Assembly: GCA_963840645.1 (NCBI GenBank)
Contig: CAWIZL010000004.1
Span: 203,470-267,469 of the forward strand
DNA: 64,000 nt
Source: Candidatus Doudnabacteria bacterium
GTDB lineage: Bacteria > Patescibacteriota > Doudnabacteria > UBA920 > VMFF01
Reading direction: 5' to 3'
Position 1 is the first letter of the stretch. The number at the start of each line of letters is the position of its first letter. Below the pieces are notes generated by a model that was not told the origin of the DNA, made no database searches, and worked only from the letters and a program-made list of their open reading frames with translations. Positions 36,613-46,504 of the stretch are shown here, one piece after another. Position numbers and translations under genes: made by a program.

Positions 36613-36700
36613 GTGTTCGTAGCAAATACTGGTTAATGCACTCGTTTGGAGAACGAGAGGCTGACCGCCAATGTGGGTTCGATTCCCATCGAACACCCCA
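36613..36700 (+). tRNA. tRNA-Ser (anticodon GGA), class II with long variable arm
   Basis: Acceptor GTGTTCG/CGAACAC, anticodon stem CTCGT/ACGAG with loop TTGGAGA, variable arm GGCTGACCGCC, T arm GTGGG-TTCGATT-CCCAT, encoded CCA. Confidence 0.75.
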
Positions 36701-36726
36701 AATTAACCAATAGGTCGATCTATCTC

Positions 36727-36749
36727 AGCTCCCAAAAGGAGCTTTTTAT
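36727..36749 (+). terminator. rho-independent terminator after tRNA-Ser
   Basis: AGCTCC-CAAAA-GGAGCT followed by TTTTT. Confidence 0.65.
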
Positions 36750-36941
36750 ATCTTCTAAAGAAACAAAAAATCTTTGCGCCACCTCTCGTCATCAGGGGTT
36801 GGCCAAAGCGTTACATTAGACTACACAAAGTTTTATCTTCTGTCAAGGTCACACAGCGTTGGCCTTATTATCGCCTTGTACGGTACACCCTGTCAAATTT
36901 ATTTATGCACAAGCTCTATACGGTAATACGAACACCCGTTC

Positions 36942-37475
36942 TTAAATGGTACTTGTTGTCAAGGGATACTCGTGACTTTTCGATGCAATTCTATTCGCTG
37001 CTATTCCAAATGCCACGCCCACGTTCAGGCTCTCTTTTTTACCGTACATTGGGATCTCAATGACGTCATCGGCAAGCGCCACTAGGCGTGCTGGCAAGCC
37101 TTTCACCTCGTAGCCGAGCAAGAGTGCCATTGGAAAGCGGGGCTTGTAACCATTCACGTCTACGCTGCGCCCTGCAACCTGTTCGAGCGCTACAATGCGC
37201 ACACCTTGAGCCTTCAACTTTTTGATGAGGCGAGCAGGCTGCCTGTGGTGCTCCCACGGTATCCAGTCTTCTGCTCCGAGCGCAACCTTAGAAATTTCAT
37301 TGCGCGGCGGCGTGCCAGTGTACCCTGTCAAGAAAATTTTGGTCACGCCGAACGCATCCCCCGTGCGGAAAACTGTGCCGACGTTGAACAGGCTGCGTAC
37401 GTTCTGGCAGATGACGTAAAACTCTGGTCTGGCACCCGCAGCTGGAGCAGCTCTAATTTTACCTTTCCTTCGCAT
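36942..37475 (-). CDS. SpoU/TrmH-family RNA 2'-O-methyltransferase
   Basis: NVGTVFRTGDAFG, LLLGYEVKGL and IPMYGKKESLNVGVAFGI are SpoU motifs 1-3. Confidence 0.8.
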   Translation of the reverse strand: MRRKGKIRAAPAAGARPEFYVICQNVRSLFNVGTVFRTGDAFGVTKIFLTGYTGTPPRNEISKVALGAEDWIPWEHHRQPARLIKKLKAQGVRIVALEQVAGRSVDVNGYKPRFPMALLLGYEVKGLPARLVALADDVIEIPMYGKKESLNVGVAFGIAANRIASKSHEYPLTTSTI

Positions 37476-38739
37476 TCTTGAAGCTTACCTTGAACTCCTT
37501 CATTCGTCCAAAGCCAATTGAGTCGCGAATGATGCTGCGGGCCTTCCACGCTGGCACGCGGCTGACGGTGAAGTCACCGTACTTGTCGTTAATTTTGTCG
37601 AGCGAGTTCACCAGCTTCGCCGCGCGCTGCTCGCGGTCAAACAGCGGAACCTGCCCGCTGTCAGGCTTTAGGCCAGAAACAGTCACGCCAACGTACCTAA
37701 AAATTTGCGCGTTGCCACGTGGCAAACTTGCCAGGTGCCTCTCGAACATCTTTGCAGCCTCTAGAAATATTTCCATGCCATCGTGCACCTGGTGGCCAAC
37801 GTTTACCTGTTGGCTGAAGTCGCCCACAACGCAGTGCACGTTCAGGCCGCTGCGCCCTGCCACGCGCAGCCTGCGCCCAACCATTTCAGACAGCTTGCAC
37901 AGCACACTGAACACCACGTCTGGATTGGACGTTCTTGCAGGCATTGTGTACGCGTGACCCATTGATTTAATGACCTCTCCGCGCTCGCCGCCAAAGCTGC
38001 CTTCGCCCCAGCTACCTTTGAGCTGGCCTGCGCAGTACAGGTGGTGGCCCATAATGCCAAAGTGCCCAATGAGCCTGTCGTACGGAAAGTCGCGCAGATC
38101 TTTCAGCGTGTGAATGCCGAGGCTGTTCAAGCTCCTCTCTGTGCGACGCGCAATGCCCGGAATGTCTGTGAGCTTCAACCTGTCGTACAGTAGGTGTTTT
38201 TCATCTGGTCGAATAACCGTGAGGCCATCTGGCTTCTGCAAATCACTGCCAATCTTTGCCAGGAGCTTGTTGTCTGCAATACCCACAGAACAGGTGATGC
38301 ACTCGCCGCAGGCACGTAGAATTTTTGCCTTAATTTCCACGGCCACCCTGGCTGCGTCTTGCCACGGATCTGGGTTCTTTGGAAAATTTTCTGTCATGTC
38401 TAAGAACGCTTCGTCAATGCTGTACTTCTCAATGCGCTCTGTGTACGTGTACAAAACTTTTAGGAATTTTTCAGTTGTGGCGCGGTACTTCTGTGGATCT
38501 GTTGGCACGAGGATGATGCCTGGGCACAGCTTGCGCGCATCCCACACTGGCATGGCAGTCTTAACGCCAAGTGCCTTTGCCTGGATTGAAGGCGCAATGA
38601 TAATGCCGCCAAGGTGCTCGCACACGCCAACAGGCTTGCCACGCAGCGCAGGGTTTGCCTGCTGCTCGCACGAGGCAAAGTAGGAGTTCATGTCTATGTG
38701 GAAAATAACCTTTGGTGGCATAGGTATACGATTGTACAC
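37459..38739 (-). CDS. dinB: DNA polymerase IV (Y-family)
   Basis: FHIDMNSYFASCE, SIDEAFLDMT and the little-finger region. Confidence 0.85.
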   Translation of the reverse strand: MYNRIPMPPKVIFHIDMNSYFASCEQQANPALRGKPVGVCEHLGGIIIAPSIQAKALGVKTAMPVWDARKLCPGIILVPTDPQKYRATTEKFLKVLYTYTERIEKYSIDEAFLDMTENFPKNPDPWQDAARVAVEIKAKILRACGECITCSVGIADNKLLAKIGSDLQKPDGLTVIRPDEKHLLYDRLKLTDIPGIARRTERSLNSLGIHTLKDLRDFPYDRLIGHFGIMGHHLYCAGQLKGSWGEGSFGGERGEVIKSMGHAYTMPARTSNPDVVFSVLCKLSEMVGRRLRVAGRSGLNVHCVVGDFSQQVNVGHQVHDGMEIFLEAAKMFERHLASLPRGNAQIFRYVGVTVSGLKPDSGQVPLFDREQRAAKLVNSLDKINDKYGDFTVSRVPAWKARSIIRDSIGFGRMKEFKVSFKNAKER

Positions 38740-38775
38740 CTACACAGTAGCACTTTGCTTCAAAGAAGTGCAACT

Positions 38776-38895
38776 CCAATCCAAAATCCCGAGCGAAGTT
38801 CAAGGCAAAGCGCGAGGACTTTTGGAGACGTAGTTACCTACGTCGACAAAAGCCACAGCGCTTTAACGAAGAAATTTGCCAGGATTTTGGATTGG
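38776..38895. repeat. 120-nt long imperfect palindrome in the dinB / RRM-protein intergenic region
   Basis: Outer 14-bp perfect stem CCAATCCAAAATCC / GGATTTTGGATTGG. Inner pairs GGCAAA/TTTGCC, GCGC/GCGC, CTTTTG/CAAAAG and GACGTAG-TTAC-CTACGTC. Confidence 0.65.
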
Positions 38896-38904
38896 CCTGC
38901 AGAT

Positions 38905-38932
38905 CGAAAAACAACTCCCTTTCGGGAGCTGT
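38905..38932 (-). terminator. rho-independent terminator of the RRM-protein gene
   Basis: The minus strand reads ACAGCTCCC-GAAA-GGGAGTTGT followed by TTTTCG. Confidence 0.6.
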
Positions 38933-38970
38933 TTTAAAATTTCAGTTTGATGTGGGGATCGTGCTGTCAG

Positions 38971-39300
38971 CTAGAAGCTGTCGCGACGACCTGCGCCACC
39001 ACCGTAGCCACCGCGGCTTCCGCCACCGTTGCCACCAAAACCTGTCTTAGCGCGAGGCTCCATAGGACGTGCCTCGTTGACTACCAGTGTGCGTCCGCCG
39101 TACTCCTGGCCATCGTACATCTGCTTAGCCTTCTCGCCATCTTCGTCAGACATTTCGACGAAGCCAAAACCCTTGCTCCTACCGGTCATCTTATCCATGA
39201 TGACTACTGCGGAGATAACTGAACCCGCGTTTGCGAACAGCTGCTGCAGCTCTTCGCTGGTCGTCGCCCATGGGAGACCGCCAACAAACAATTTTGCCAT
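38971..39300 (-). CDS. RRM-type RNA-binding protein with Gly-rich tail
   Basis: RNP-2 LFVGGL, RNP-1 KGFGFVEM, and C-terminal GGNGGGSRGGYGGG. Confidence 0.9.
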   Translation of the reverse strand: MAKLFVGGLPWATTSEELQQLFANAGSVISAVVIMDKMTGRSKGFGFVEMSDEDGEKAKQMYDGQEYGGRTLVVNEARPMEPRAKTGFGGNGGGSRGGYGGGAGRRDSF

Positions 39301-39412
39301 TTACTTGGCCTTTCACAATCAAGACTTACACCACCTAGATAAGTCTGGAAACAAAAAATAAGGTAGATGATTGATTAGAGTATACACTATGTGGGTTAAT
39401 TTGGCAAGCAGC

Positions 39413-40243
39413 CTACTGCTCGTCTGACAGCGCCCCCATGAAGAGCATGAAGCGGCGCTCGATTTCTTCAATGCGCGCCTCGATTTTTTTCTTTAATGAT
39501 TCAGCGCCCTGGATTTGGGCTTCAAAAGTTTCGTGAGAGAACTTGCGCATTGATTCGAGAGTGCGTTCTAGGAACGTGTGGCTGAGCTTGTAGCCATCGA
39601 GGCTGAGCTTGCAGTTAATGACCCGAATAGCCAGCTCTCCAAAATCGTAGAACGAGTCACCGCTGTTGAGCGCAAAAATTAGCTTGTCTGGAACGAGAAT
39701 GCCGTTAACCTTGATGCGGAACATGTCTCTGTCGCCCTCTGCCTGGAACTTTCTCGTGAGCTCGTACAGCTCAGCTATGAGGAACTGGGAATCTCTGTAG
39801 AGGAAGTCAAACTGCCACGGCTGGTTAGCTTTCTGCTTGCTGAAGTCTGGGAGTTCTTCCCAAGATTCTACGCTGTCAGCACGGCTCGGGTGGTATGGAT
39901 TCTCTCGGTTCCTGCGCTTTGACTCTGATTGAATGTAGAAACCGTAGTCTTGCTTGATCTTGTCCCACTTTCCAACGTGGCTGGGATTTGCCATGAACTG
40001 CCTGAAAACAGCTCCGTGGGATGTGCCAAACCCTGGGTCTGCTTGCCCGAGCGTTGCAATTGCCTCGTCGAGCACTGGACTGTACCCAGTCTCGCCAATG
40101 CTCTCAGCATCGTAGACGAGCAGGTACTCGAACATTTCTTTTAATTTTCTGTTTCTCCTGAACTCTTCATTGCTGTGGTCATTTTTTGTACGTGGCAGAT
40201 CCAGCAGTGCCACGTTGGTCGTAAATGGCTTTACGTACCTCAT
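39413..40243 (-). CDS. hypothetical protein (no recognisable domain)
   Basis: ATG at 40243 follows GGGGAG. 276 aa with a C-terminal coiled-coil-like segment. Confidence 0.5.
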   Translation of the reverse strand: MRYVKPFTTNVALLDLPRTKNDHSNEEFRRNRKLKEMFEYLLVYDAESIGETGYSPVLDEAIATLGQADPGFGTSHGAVFRQFMANPSHVGKWDKIKQDYGFYIQSESKRRNRENPYHPSRADSVESWEELPDFSKQKANQPWQFDFLYRDSQFLIAELYELTRKFQAEGDRDMFRIKVNGILVPDKLIFALNSGDSFYDFGELAIRVINCKLSLDGYKLSHTFLERTLESMRKFSHETFEAQIQGAESLKKKIEARIEEIERRFMLFMGALSDEQ

Positions 40244-40295
40244 GTCGCTCCCCAATTAATTTTCTTGGTACTGTGATTATAGTACGCGCGGGAGA

Positions 40296-43211
40296 TTAAA
40301 TAAACATTAAATGTGCAATGGCACTGATAAAATTCCAAATCCCGAGCAAGACCTTAGAAATTGTACTGGGTTTGCCACCTGCACCACTCACAAAAAGAGC
40401 CGTCACGTGTCCACCTTGACTGCTCAGTGGCGCAGGCTCGGTGTTATCCCCAGGTGCTGCGCCCACTGTTGCACCTAAGCCAGCCTGGTCTTGTGGCTGG
40501 CGCACAGTTACGTTTATGTCAATTGGCGGAATTGTGCTGCCTTGCTGCGCTGTCACCTGGCCATCACCTGAAGCATCGTCTGAGGTGTCGTCCAAAGCAT
40601 TGCCACCTGGATCAGAAGCTGCCACAGTGTCAGCATCAGGGACAACAATACTCGTTTGAGCATCACCACCAGCTGCCGTGCCATCGTCACCATCGCCACT
40701 GGCATCATCCTGCGACGTTGAGATCGGGGTTGGGGTTGGCGTAGGCGTAAAAACAGGCGTTGGTCCTTCAGGCTCAACCACGACAGTCTGAGCAGGCGCA
40801 GGCTCAACAACAGTCTGCTGTGGGCTAACCCAATCAAACGTCACTGTCTGAGGAGCTTCAGCAAGGTCATCTTTTGAGACGCTGAAGAATACCACAGATC
40901 CGCTGTCTGGTGGCACAGACAAAACTACCTGTGGATCAGCAGACGACGTGTACGTGCTGCCCCCATCGAAAGAGTACGTGTAGGCAAGGAAGCTTGTCGG
41001 GGTCCGAAACTGTCAACTGCACGCGGGAGTCTGCTGGATCAAGCTGCAGCACCCCGCCTGCTGGAAGCTGCTGCGCAGTGTACGAGCGAATTGTTGTGGT
41101 GAGCGGCGCTGCGGTGGCCAGAGAGCCTTGGTCAAAGCTCGTTGTTGCTGGCACTGTTGAGGTGCTCCCATCTGGGTTGTCCTGTGTGACTGTTGGGGCA
41201 CCATCCCCAATGCCCACGTCAATTGGGTCTTGTGGCGAAGTCGGCACTTTGTCGTAGTCATCCACGGTGACTGTCTGGTTTGCAACCTGGCTGACAGAAA
41301 CATTCTCCTGCGTTGGCGCTGCAGTGCCTGACTGCACCTCTGTTTGGACAGGAACTGCGGGCGGCGTGAGGGTCACAACGTACACCTGCCCTGTGCCAGT
41401 TGGAATGAAAATATTCTTGTCTGTGTCAATGTCTTCACTCGGAAAGCTAGATGGGTCAACTGACGTGTTCGTGGTCAGGTCTGTGATGGTGATGTCCATG
41501 TCTTGGTTGTAGCTGATGAGCTTGCCGTTGAGCACGCAGGTCGAGCTGTCCTGTGTTACACCTGGTGCTGTTTGAATTGGCTGCCCAGCAAGAATTTCTA
41601 AAATTTGCGACTCAGCTGCTGTGTTGCTCAGCATGCTCGCGTGCTCTGCGCCGTTGACGTAGTAGGTGTTACCCTGTGGCACCAAGAGGTGGCTGGCACT
41701 TGGCACGAGCACAGTACCATCGCCACTGTCAGCGTATATTCTGTACTTCGGGCCGCTCACAATACTGGCCAACGTGCTGCCAGTCCCAGAGTACATCCTA
41801 TCTATTGTCTTGAGCGTGAACACGCCGCACCCAACAATGTTGTAGGCGCTGTACGGCCGCGATGAAAAATCAAGCTCATCGAGGGCTGTGCTGTGGAACG
41901 CATCTGCTGCTGCGAGCAGGCTCGCGTTCTTGCCGAGCCCAAGCAGCAGGCTCTCAGCTTGGTCGTGGTTCAGTATGCCACCAACTTTTGGGTTTGCCAG
42001 GTCATCGTAGAAACCAGCAGAGCTGTTGTAGTAGTCAGGGCTCGGCAGCAAGCTGTAGATGCTGGGCATGTTGAGCGACAGTTTCTGGACCTCAGATTCA
42101 CTCAAGAGCGGCACGCCAAAGTTGCTGCCAAAGATTAGGGCCTTGGCAGCCTCTGCGCTGCCCAAATTTGGAACTGCCACGAACACCAGCTTGCCAATTT
42201 GCTCTTCAGCAGCGGGGTTTGAAGCGTGGATGTTGTTCAGGTACTGCTTGAGCACCAGCCCGCCCAAGCTGTGCGCAACAATGTCCACCTTTTGCGCGCC
42301 AGTCTGGCTGAGGACACGGCTTACCTCAGCTCCAAGCTGCACAGCAGTATCTTTTGGACTGAGACGCCAGTCGTACGGGAACACGAAGATGTTCGTGTTC
42401 AAAGTGTAGCCGTTTGCCTCGAACAGCTGGATGAGGCTATCGCTGTAGTGGAACGTGCCAAACTTGTAGTCAATCTTATCCAAAATTCCTACTGGAACTA
42501 CGTTGGAATCTGTTGGCGCGCCATTCGCACTCAGGCTCAGTGGATCCATGAAGCTGCTCGTTGGATCAAGCACCATGTTGGCCAAGTTTGGCCACAGGGC
42601 CACGTCCTGGTCTTGCAACGCTGTGCCAAGAATTCCTGGGACAATAATTACGGGATCGCGCTGGGACGTGTCAGTGCCGCTCACAGGAACCGACGTAGAC
42701 GTCACGCTGGTGGATCCGCCTCCAACAAAACCATTGAACGCAACTTGCGTGTAAGGTGTTCCATCAGGCATGGCTGCTGGCAGGTCTGTAACCCACGTAC
42801 CATCAACGGCGAGGGGCCTGCTGTCAGCTGCTCCTGCCTGTCATCGTCCCAAATTTGGTAGTGCGTTTGCGTGGTGAACCTGATGCTGTAGTCAACATCG
42901 CCCGCTGGAAGCGAGAAACCCGGCACTGTTGCCTGCACGTACTCTGACGAACAGTCAGGCGAGTACAGGTAGAACCCGAACGCCCAGCCACGCCCATCAT
43001 CGTACGTTGGCAGAAGCCTGAGGTGAATGTTGAGGAAACCATTGACGTACCCTTCGCTCTCGTACGTGCTGTCGAACAAGTACCCATTTGCCGTAAAAGT
43101 GGCGCACTGTACTGCTGCGGCATCAGCGCGTGCTGCTGAGTGGAACGTTGGGAGCAGCACTGCGCACACTGTAGCTGCCACAGCTGCTGCTTGTCGAAAC
43201 AATTTTTTCAT
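40296..43211 (-). CDS. large secreted LCAT/PGAP1-like alpha/beta-hydrolase (lipase/acyltransferase) with C-terminal anchor; two apparent frameshifts (~42820 and ~40990)
   Basis: Signal peptide MKKLFRQAAAVAATVCAVLL. PYDWR and AHSLGG (GxSxG) lie in the 40936..42771 ORF. Adjacent ORFs continue in other frames (…ADSRPLAVDGTWVTDLPAAMPDG; …SFLAYTYSFDGGSTYT). C-terminal TM. Confidence 0.65.
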
Positions 43212-43381
43212 GGTGTTTTCTGCTTACTTATCCAACGTGCATTACAGCAGACAAACATTAAAACGCTCTTAAATAGGGCTGTTTACTTATCCACCCCTGT
43301 GGAAATGACACTGCCCTTGCAATCTGTTATATTCAAATGTAAGCAGAATTTAATTTTCCTTTAACGAAAATTTCACAAGAG

Positions 43382-44834
43382 ATGGAGTACGGCACGAACA
43401 ACCAGCAACAGGGAGCGCAGTCGAACGCCGCGATCACCCGCATCCCGCCACAGAACCTAGAGGCAGAGGCTGGCATTTTAGGCTCGCTCATGCTCGACCG
43501 AGACGCCATCATCAAAATTGCCGACATTGTGCACTCTGAAGATTTCTACGATGAAAAGCACAAGGCAATTTTCCTCAGCATGCTCGAGCTCTACGAGAAG
43601 AGCGTCTCAATAGACATCCTCACTGTCTCAAACCTGCTCGATGAGCAAAAAAAACTTGACTTCATTGGCGGATCAAGCTTCTTGGCAACGCTCGTCAACA
43701 CAGTGCCAACAGCTGCGCACATCTTGCACTACGCAACCATTGTCCAGCGCAAGGGCACGCTGCGCAGGCTCATTCAATCTGCCAACGAGATCAACAACAT
43801 TGCGTACAAAGAAGACAGCGACATTGAAACAATACTAGACCAAGCTGAGCAGAAGCTATTCTCTGTTTCGCAGAAGTACATGAAGCAGAACTTTGTGCCT
43901 CTCACGCAGGTGCTGCACGAGACGTTTGACCGCCTCGATGAGCTGCACCGCAACAAAGGCCAACTGCGCGGCATTGGCACAGGGTACGTTGACCTAGACA
44001 ACCTGCTCGGCGGCTTGCAGAAATCTGACCTCGTCATTTTGGCGGCCCGCCCTTCAATGGGAAAAACTTCGCTCGCGCTCGATATTGCGCGACACGTTGC
44101 GGTGAACACAAAGCTGCCTGTTGGCATATTCTCGCTTGAAATGAGCAAGGGACCAGAACTGGTGAACCGCTTGCTCTCATCAGAGGCTGACGTGAACCTG
44201 TGGAAGCTTCGAACAGGAAACCTTTCTGACCAAGGCGAGAACAGTGACTTTGTGCGCATTGGCGAAGCAATGGGCAGGCTATCTGAAGCGCCGATATTCA
44301 TAGATGACGCAGCTGGCGCAAACATTATGGAAATTCGCACGAAGGCTCGCCGCCTGCAGGCAGAAAACCCGCTCGGCCTCATTGTGATTGACTACCTCCA
44401 GCTCATGACAGGCCACAACACAGAGAACCGCGTGCAAGAGGTTTCTGAAATTTCACGTGCGCTCAAGAGCCTGTCGCGCGAGCTGAACATTCCAATCTTG
44501 GCGCTGTCACAGCTGAATCGCGCTGTTGAGAGCAGGCCTGACAAACGTCCAATGCTCGCTGACCTGCGCGAGTCAGGATCAATTGAGCAAGACGCTGACG
44601 TGGTGATGTTCATTTACCGCGAAGACATGTACAACCGTGGCCAAGCATCAGAGCGCCCAAACATTGCAGAAATTTTAATTGCAAAGCACCGCAATGGTCA
44701 GAACTGGCCGCGTTGAGCTGTACTTTGACAGCGAGAAAACCAGCTTCAGGAACCTGGACAAGAACTTCACACAGGCAGTGCCGCCGCCAGTACAAATGTT
44801 TGCACAGGATGCTGCGCAGGACATTGAAAATTAA
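43382..44834 (+). CDS. dnaB: replicative DNA helicase, apparent frameshift near 44700
   Basis: PPQNLEAEAGILGS and Walker A ARPSMGKTSLAL. The C-terminus KHRNG is then in another frame as TGRVELYFDSEKTSFRNL, ending at TAA 44832..44834. Confidence 0.9.
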
Positions 44835-45430
44835 TGAAAACTCCACGATCTGTAGAGAAACTTGCCAATGAGTTTGGCAAGCTGCCTGGCATAGGGCAAA
44901 AAACAGCCAGCAGGCTGACGTTCTACTTACTGAAAAAAAATGACTTAGACGTTGACAGCTTGGCTGATGCTGTTTCCGGGTTGAAAGCTGGCGTGACGTT
45001 CTGCTCAATCTGCCACAACATGGCAGAGGGTGACCCGTGCGCAACGTGCACTGACACCACGCGAGACCGTTCCATTATTTGCGTAGTCGAAGAGCCGCTC
45101 GATGCCCAGGCGCTGGATGCAACTGGCGGCTACAATGGCCTGTTCCACGTGCTCGGCGGGGCGCTTTCACCTCTAGACGGCATTGGACCTGAACAGCTGA
45201 ACATTGAATCTTTGGTTAGCCGCGTGCAAAGTGGTGAGGTTCGCGAAGTAATCTTGGCAACGAATGCATCTTTGGAAGGCGAGGCAACAGCCAGCCACAT
45301 TGCCAGCCGCTTGAAGCCGCTCGGTCTAAAAATTACACGGCTCGGCCGGGGCTTGCCTGTTGGGGGCGACCTTGAGTACGCTGATGGAATTACGATCACC
45401 AGGGCGCTTGAAGGCAGGAGCGAGTTCTAG
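44834..45430 (+). CDS. recR: recombination protein RecR
   Basis: HhH GIGQKTASRL, C4 zinc finger CSICHNMAEGDPCATC, and a Toprim domain. Confidence 0.9.
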   Translation: MKTPRSVEKLANEFGKLPGIGQKTASRLTFYLLKKNDLDVDSLADAVSGLKAGVTFCSICHNMAEGDPCATCTDTTRDRSIICVVEEPLDAQALDATGGYNGLFHVLGGALSPLDGIGPEQLNIESLVSRVQSGEVREVILATNASLEGEATASHIASRLKPLGLKITRLGRGLPVGGDLEYADGITITRALEGRSEF

Positions 45431-45443
45431 CTTAAGCAGACGT

Positions 45444-45472
45444 TTGACTGTTGATAACTTTTGGGCTACAAT
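45444..45472 (+). promoter_or_regulatory. near-consensus sigma70-type promoter TTGACT-17-TACAAT
   Basis: TTGACT at 45444..45449 and TACAAT at 45467..45472. Followed by a hairpin at 45484..45515 + TTTT, and ~250 nt before the next start codon. Confidence 0.55.
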
Positions 45473-45727
45473 GGCGGCAGATACAGCGTCTATCGGCGTT
45501 AGATCGATGGCGCTGTTTTCAATCCACAGGAAAAGAGAAGAGAATAGAATGGGTCTTACGAACGAAGTCTCTCATGTGCACGAACAGAGAGGCTGGAAAT
45601 CTTCGTTGAACCGGCGCACGATAGTGGTCGGAAAAGCGAAAGGGTGCTGTGCAAGAGCATCCCGAATGTCGAGAAGAGGATTTTTCATTTCACGGGGTAG
45701 CATCCCGTGTGGAACCAGGAGGAGTTC

Positions 45728-45979
45728 ATGAACACCGAAGAACAAGAGCAGGCCATGGCCAAGGCAAGAGCTGTGCTGGGGATACCGTCTCCTTCTCCTG
45801 CGGCTCCAGTTCCCCAAGTTGGGAACGAACGCGAATGTACACCTCGCGTGCACACCAGAACTCAGGTAACGTTTTCGCAAAGCAGCCGCAAGAGCTGCGG
45901 ACAGACGTTACCCAGGCCCAGTGACGGGGCGCACTACGGCAGCCTGAGCGGCGTTGTTCCTATAAGAAAAGTTTGCTAG
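45728..45979 (+). CDS. small hypothetical protein (83 aa)
   Basis: The ATG at 45728 is preceded by CCAGGAGGAG. Two hairpin terminators lie downstream. Confidence 0.5.
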   Translation: MNTEEQEQAMAKARAVLGIPSPSPAAPVPQVGNERECTPRVHTRTQVTFSQSSRKSCGQTLPRPSDGAHYGSLSGVVPIRKVC

Positions 45980-46065
45980 CTGCCGCAGAGCAGCCACCAA
46001 CAACCCACGCGCTGCCAGATCCCGAAGTCTGGCAGCCGTATTATTTTGGAATTTTTTCGCACTTC

Positions 46066-46103
46066 TAAAAATTCCCCGCACGTAGCTGTGCGGGGAATTT
46101 TTA
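46066..46103. terminator. bidirectional hairpin terminator (serves rplU on the minus strand)
   Basis: AAAAATTCCCCGCAC-GTAGCT-GTGCGGGGAATTTTT. Confidence 0.65.
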
Positions 46104-46120
46104 TTACCCAAAAACCTAAC

Positions 46121-46429
46121 CTAGATTTTCGTTACCTCAATTTCAGTGTAGTTCTGCCTGTGGCCCTGCTTGCGGCGGTACTTTGACTTTGCCTTGTACT
46201 TGAAGACCAAAATCTTCTTTGCGCGAGCCTGCTTCAGAATTTTTGCCTCGACAACAGCTCCTGCAATGAAAGGCTTGCCAATCTGCATTGTGCTGTCTGT
46301 TGCCTTGAGCATGACCTTGTCAATCTTGATGGTATCCCCTGCTTGGCCAGCCACTTTTTCTATCTGAACCTTGGTGTTTGGCGACACCAAGTACTGTTTG
46401 CCGCCCGCGTGAATGATTGCTACGTTCAT
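46121..46429 (-). CDS. rplU: 50S ribosomal protein L21
   Basis: MNVAIIHAGGKQYLV ... FKYKAKSKYRRKQGHRQ. Confidence 0.9.
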   Translation of the reverse strand: MNVAIIHAGGKQYLVSPNTKVQIEKVAGQAGDTIKIDKVMLKATDSTMQIGKPFIAGAVVEAKILKQARAKKILVFKYKAKSKYRRKQGHRQNYTEIEVTKI

Positions 46430-46504
46430 AGGTATATTTAGAAATTACTCAAGAATACTAACAGAAAAGGTCGAGTACGTCAAACCGACTACTGCATACT
46501 CATA

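Noticed and set aside
45360-45731. 123-aa basic ORF covering the 45.4-45.7 kb leader
   Set aside because: It overlaps the recR 3' end and has no SD. Its composition is Arg-rich and shadow-like. The region is better described as a structured untranslated leader.
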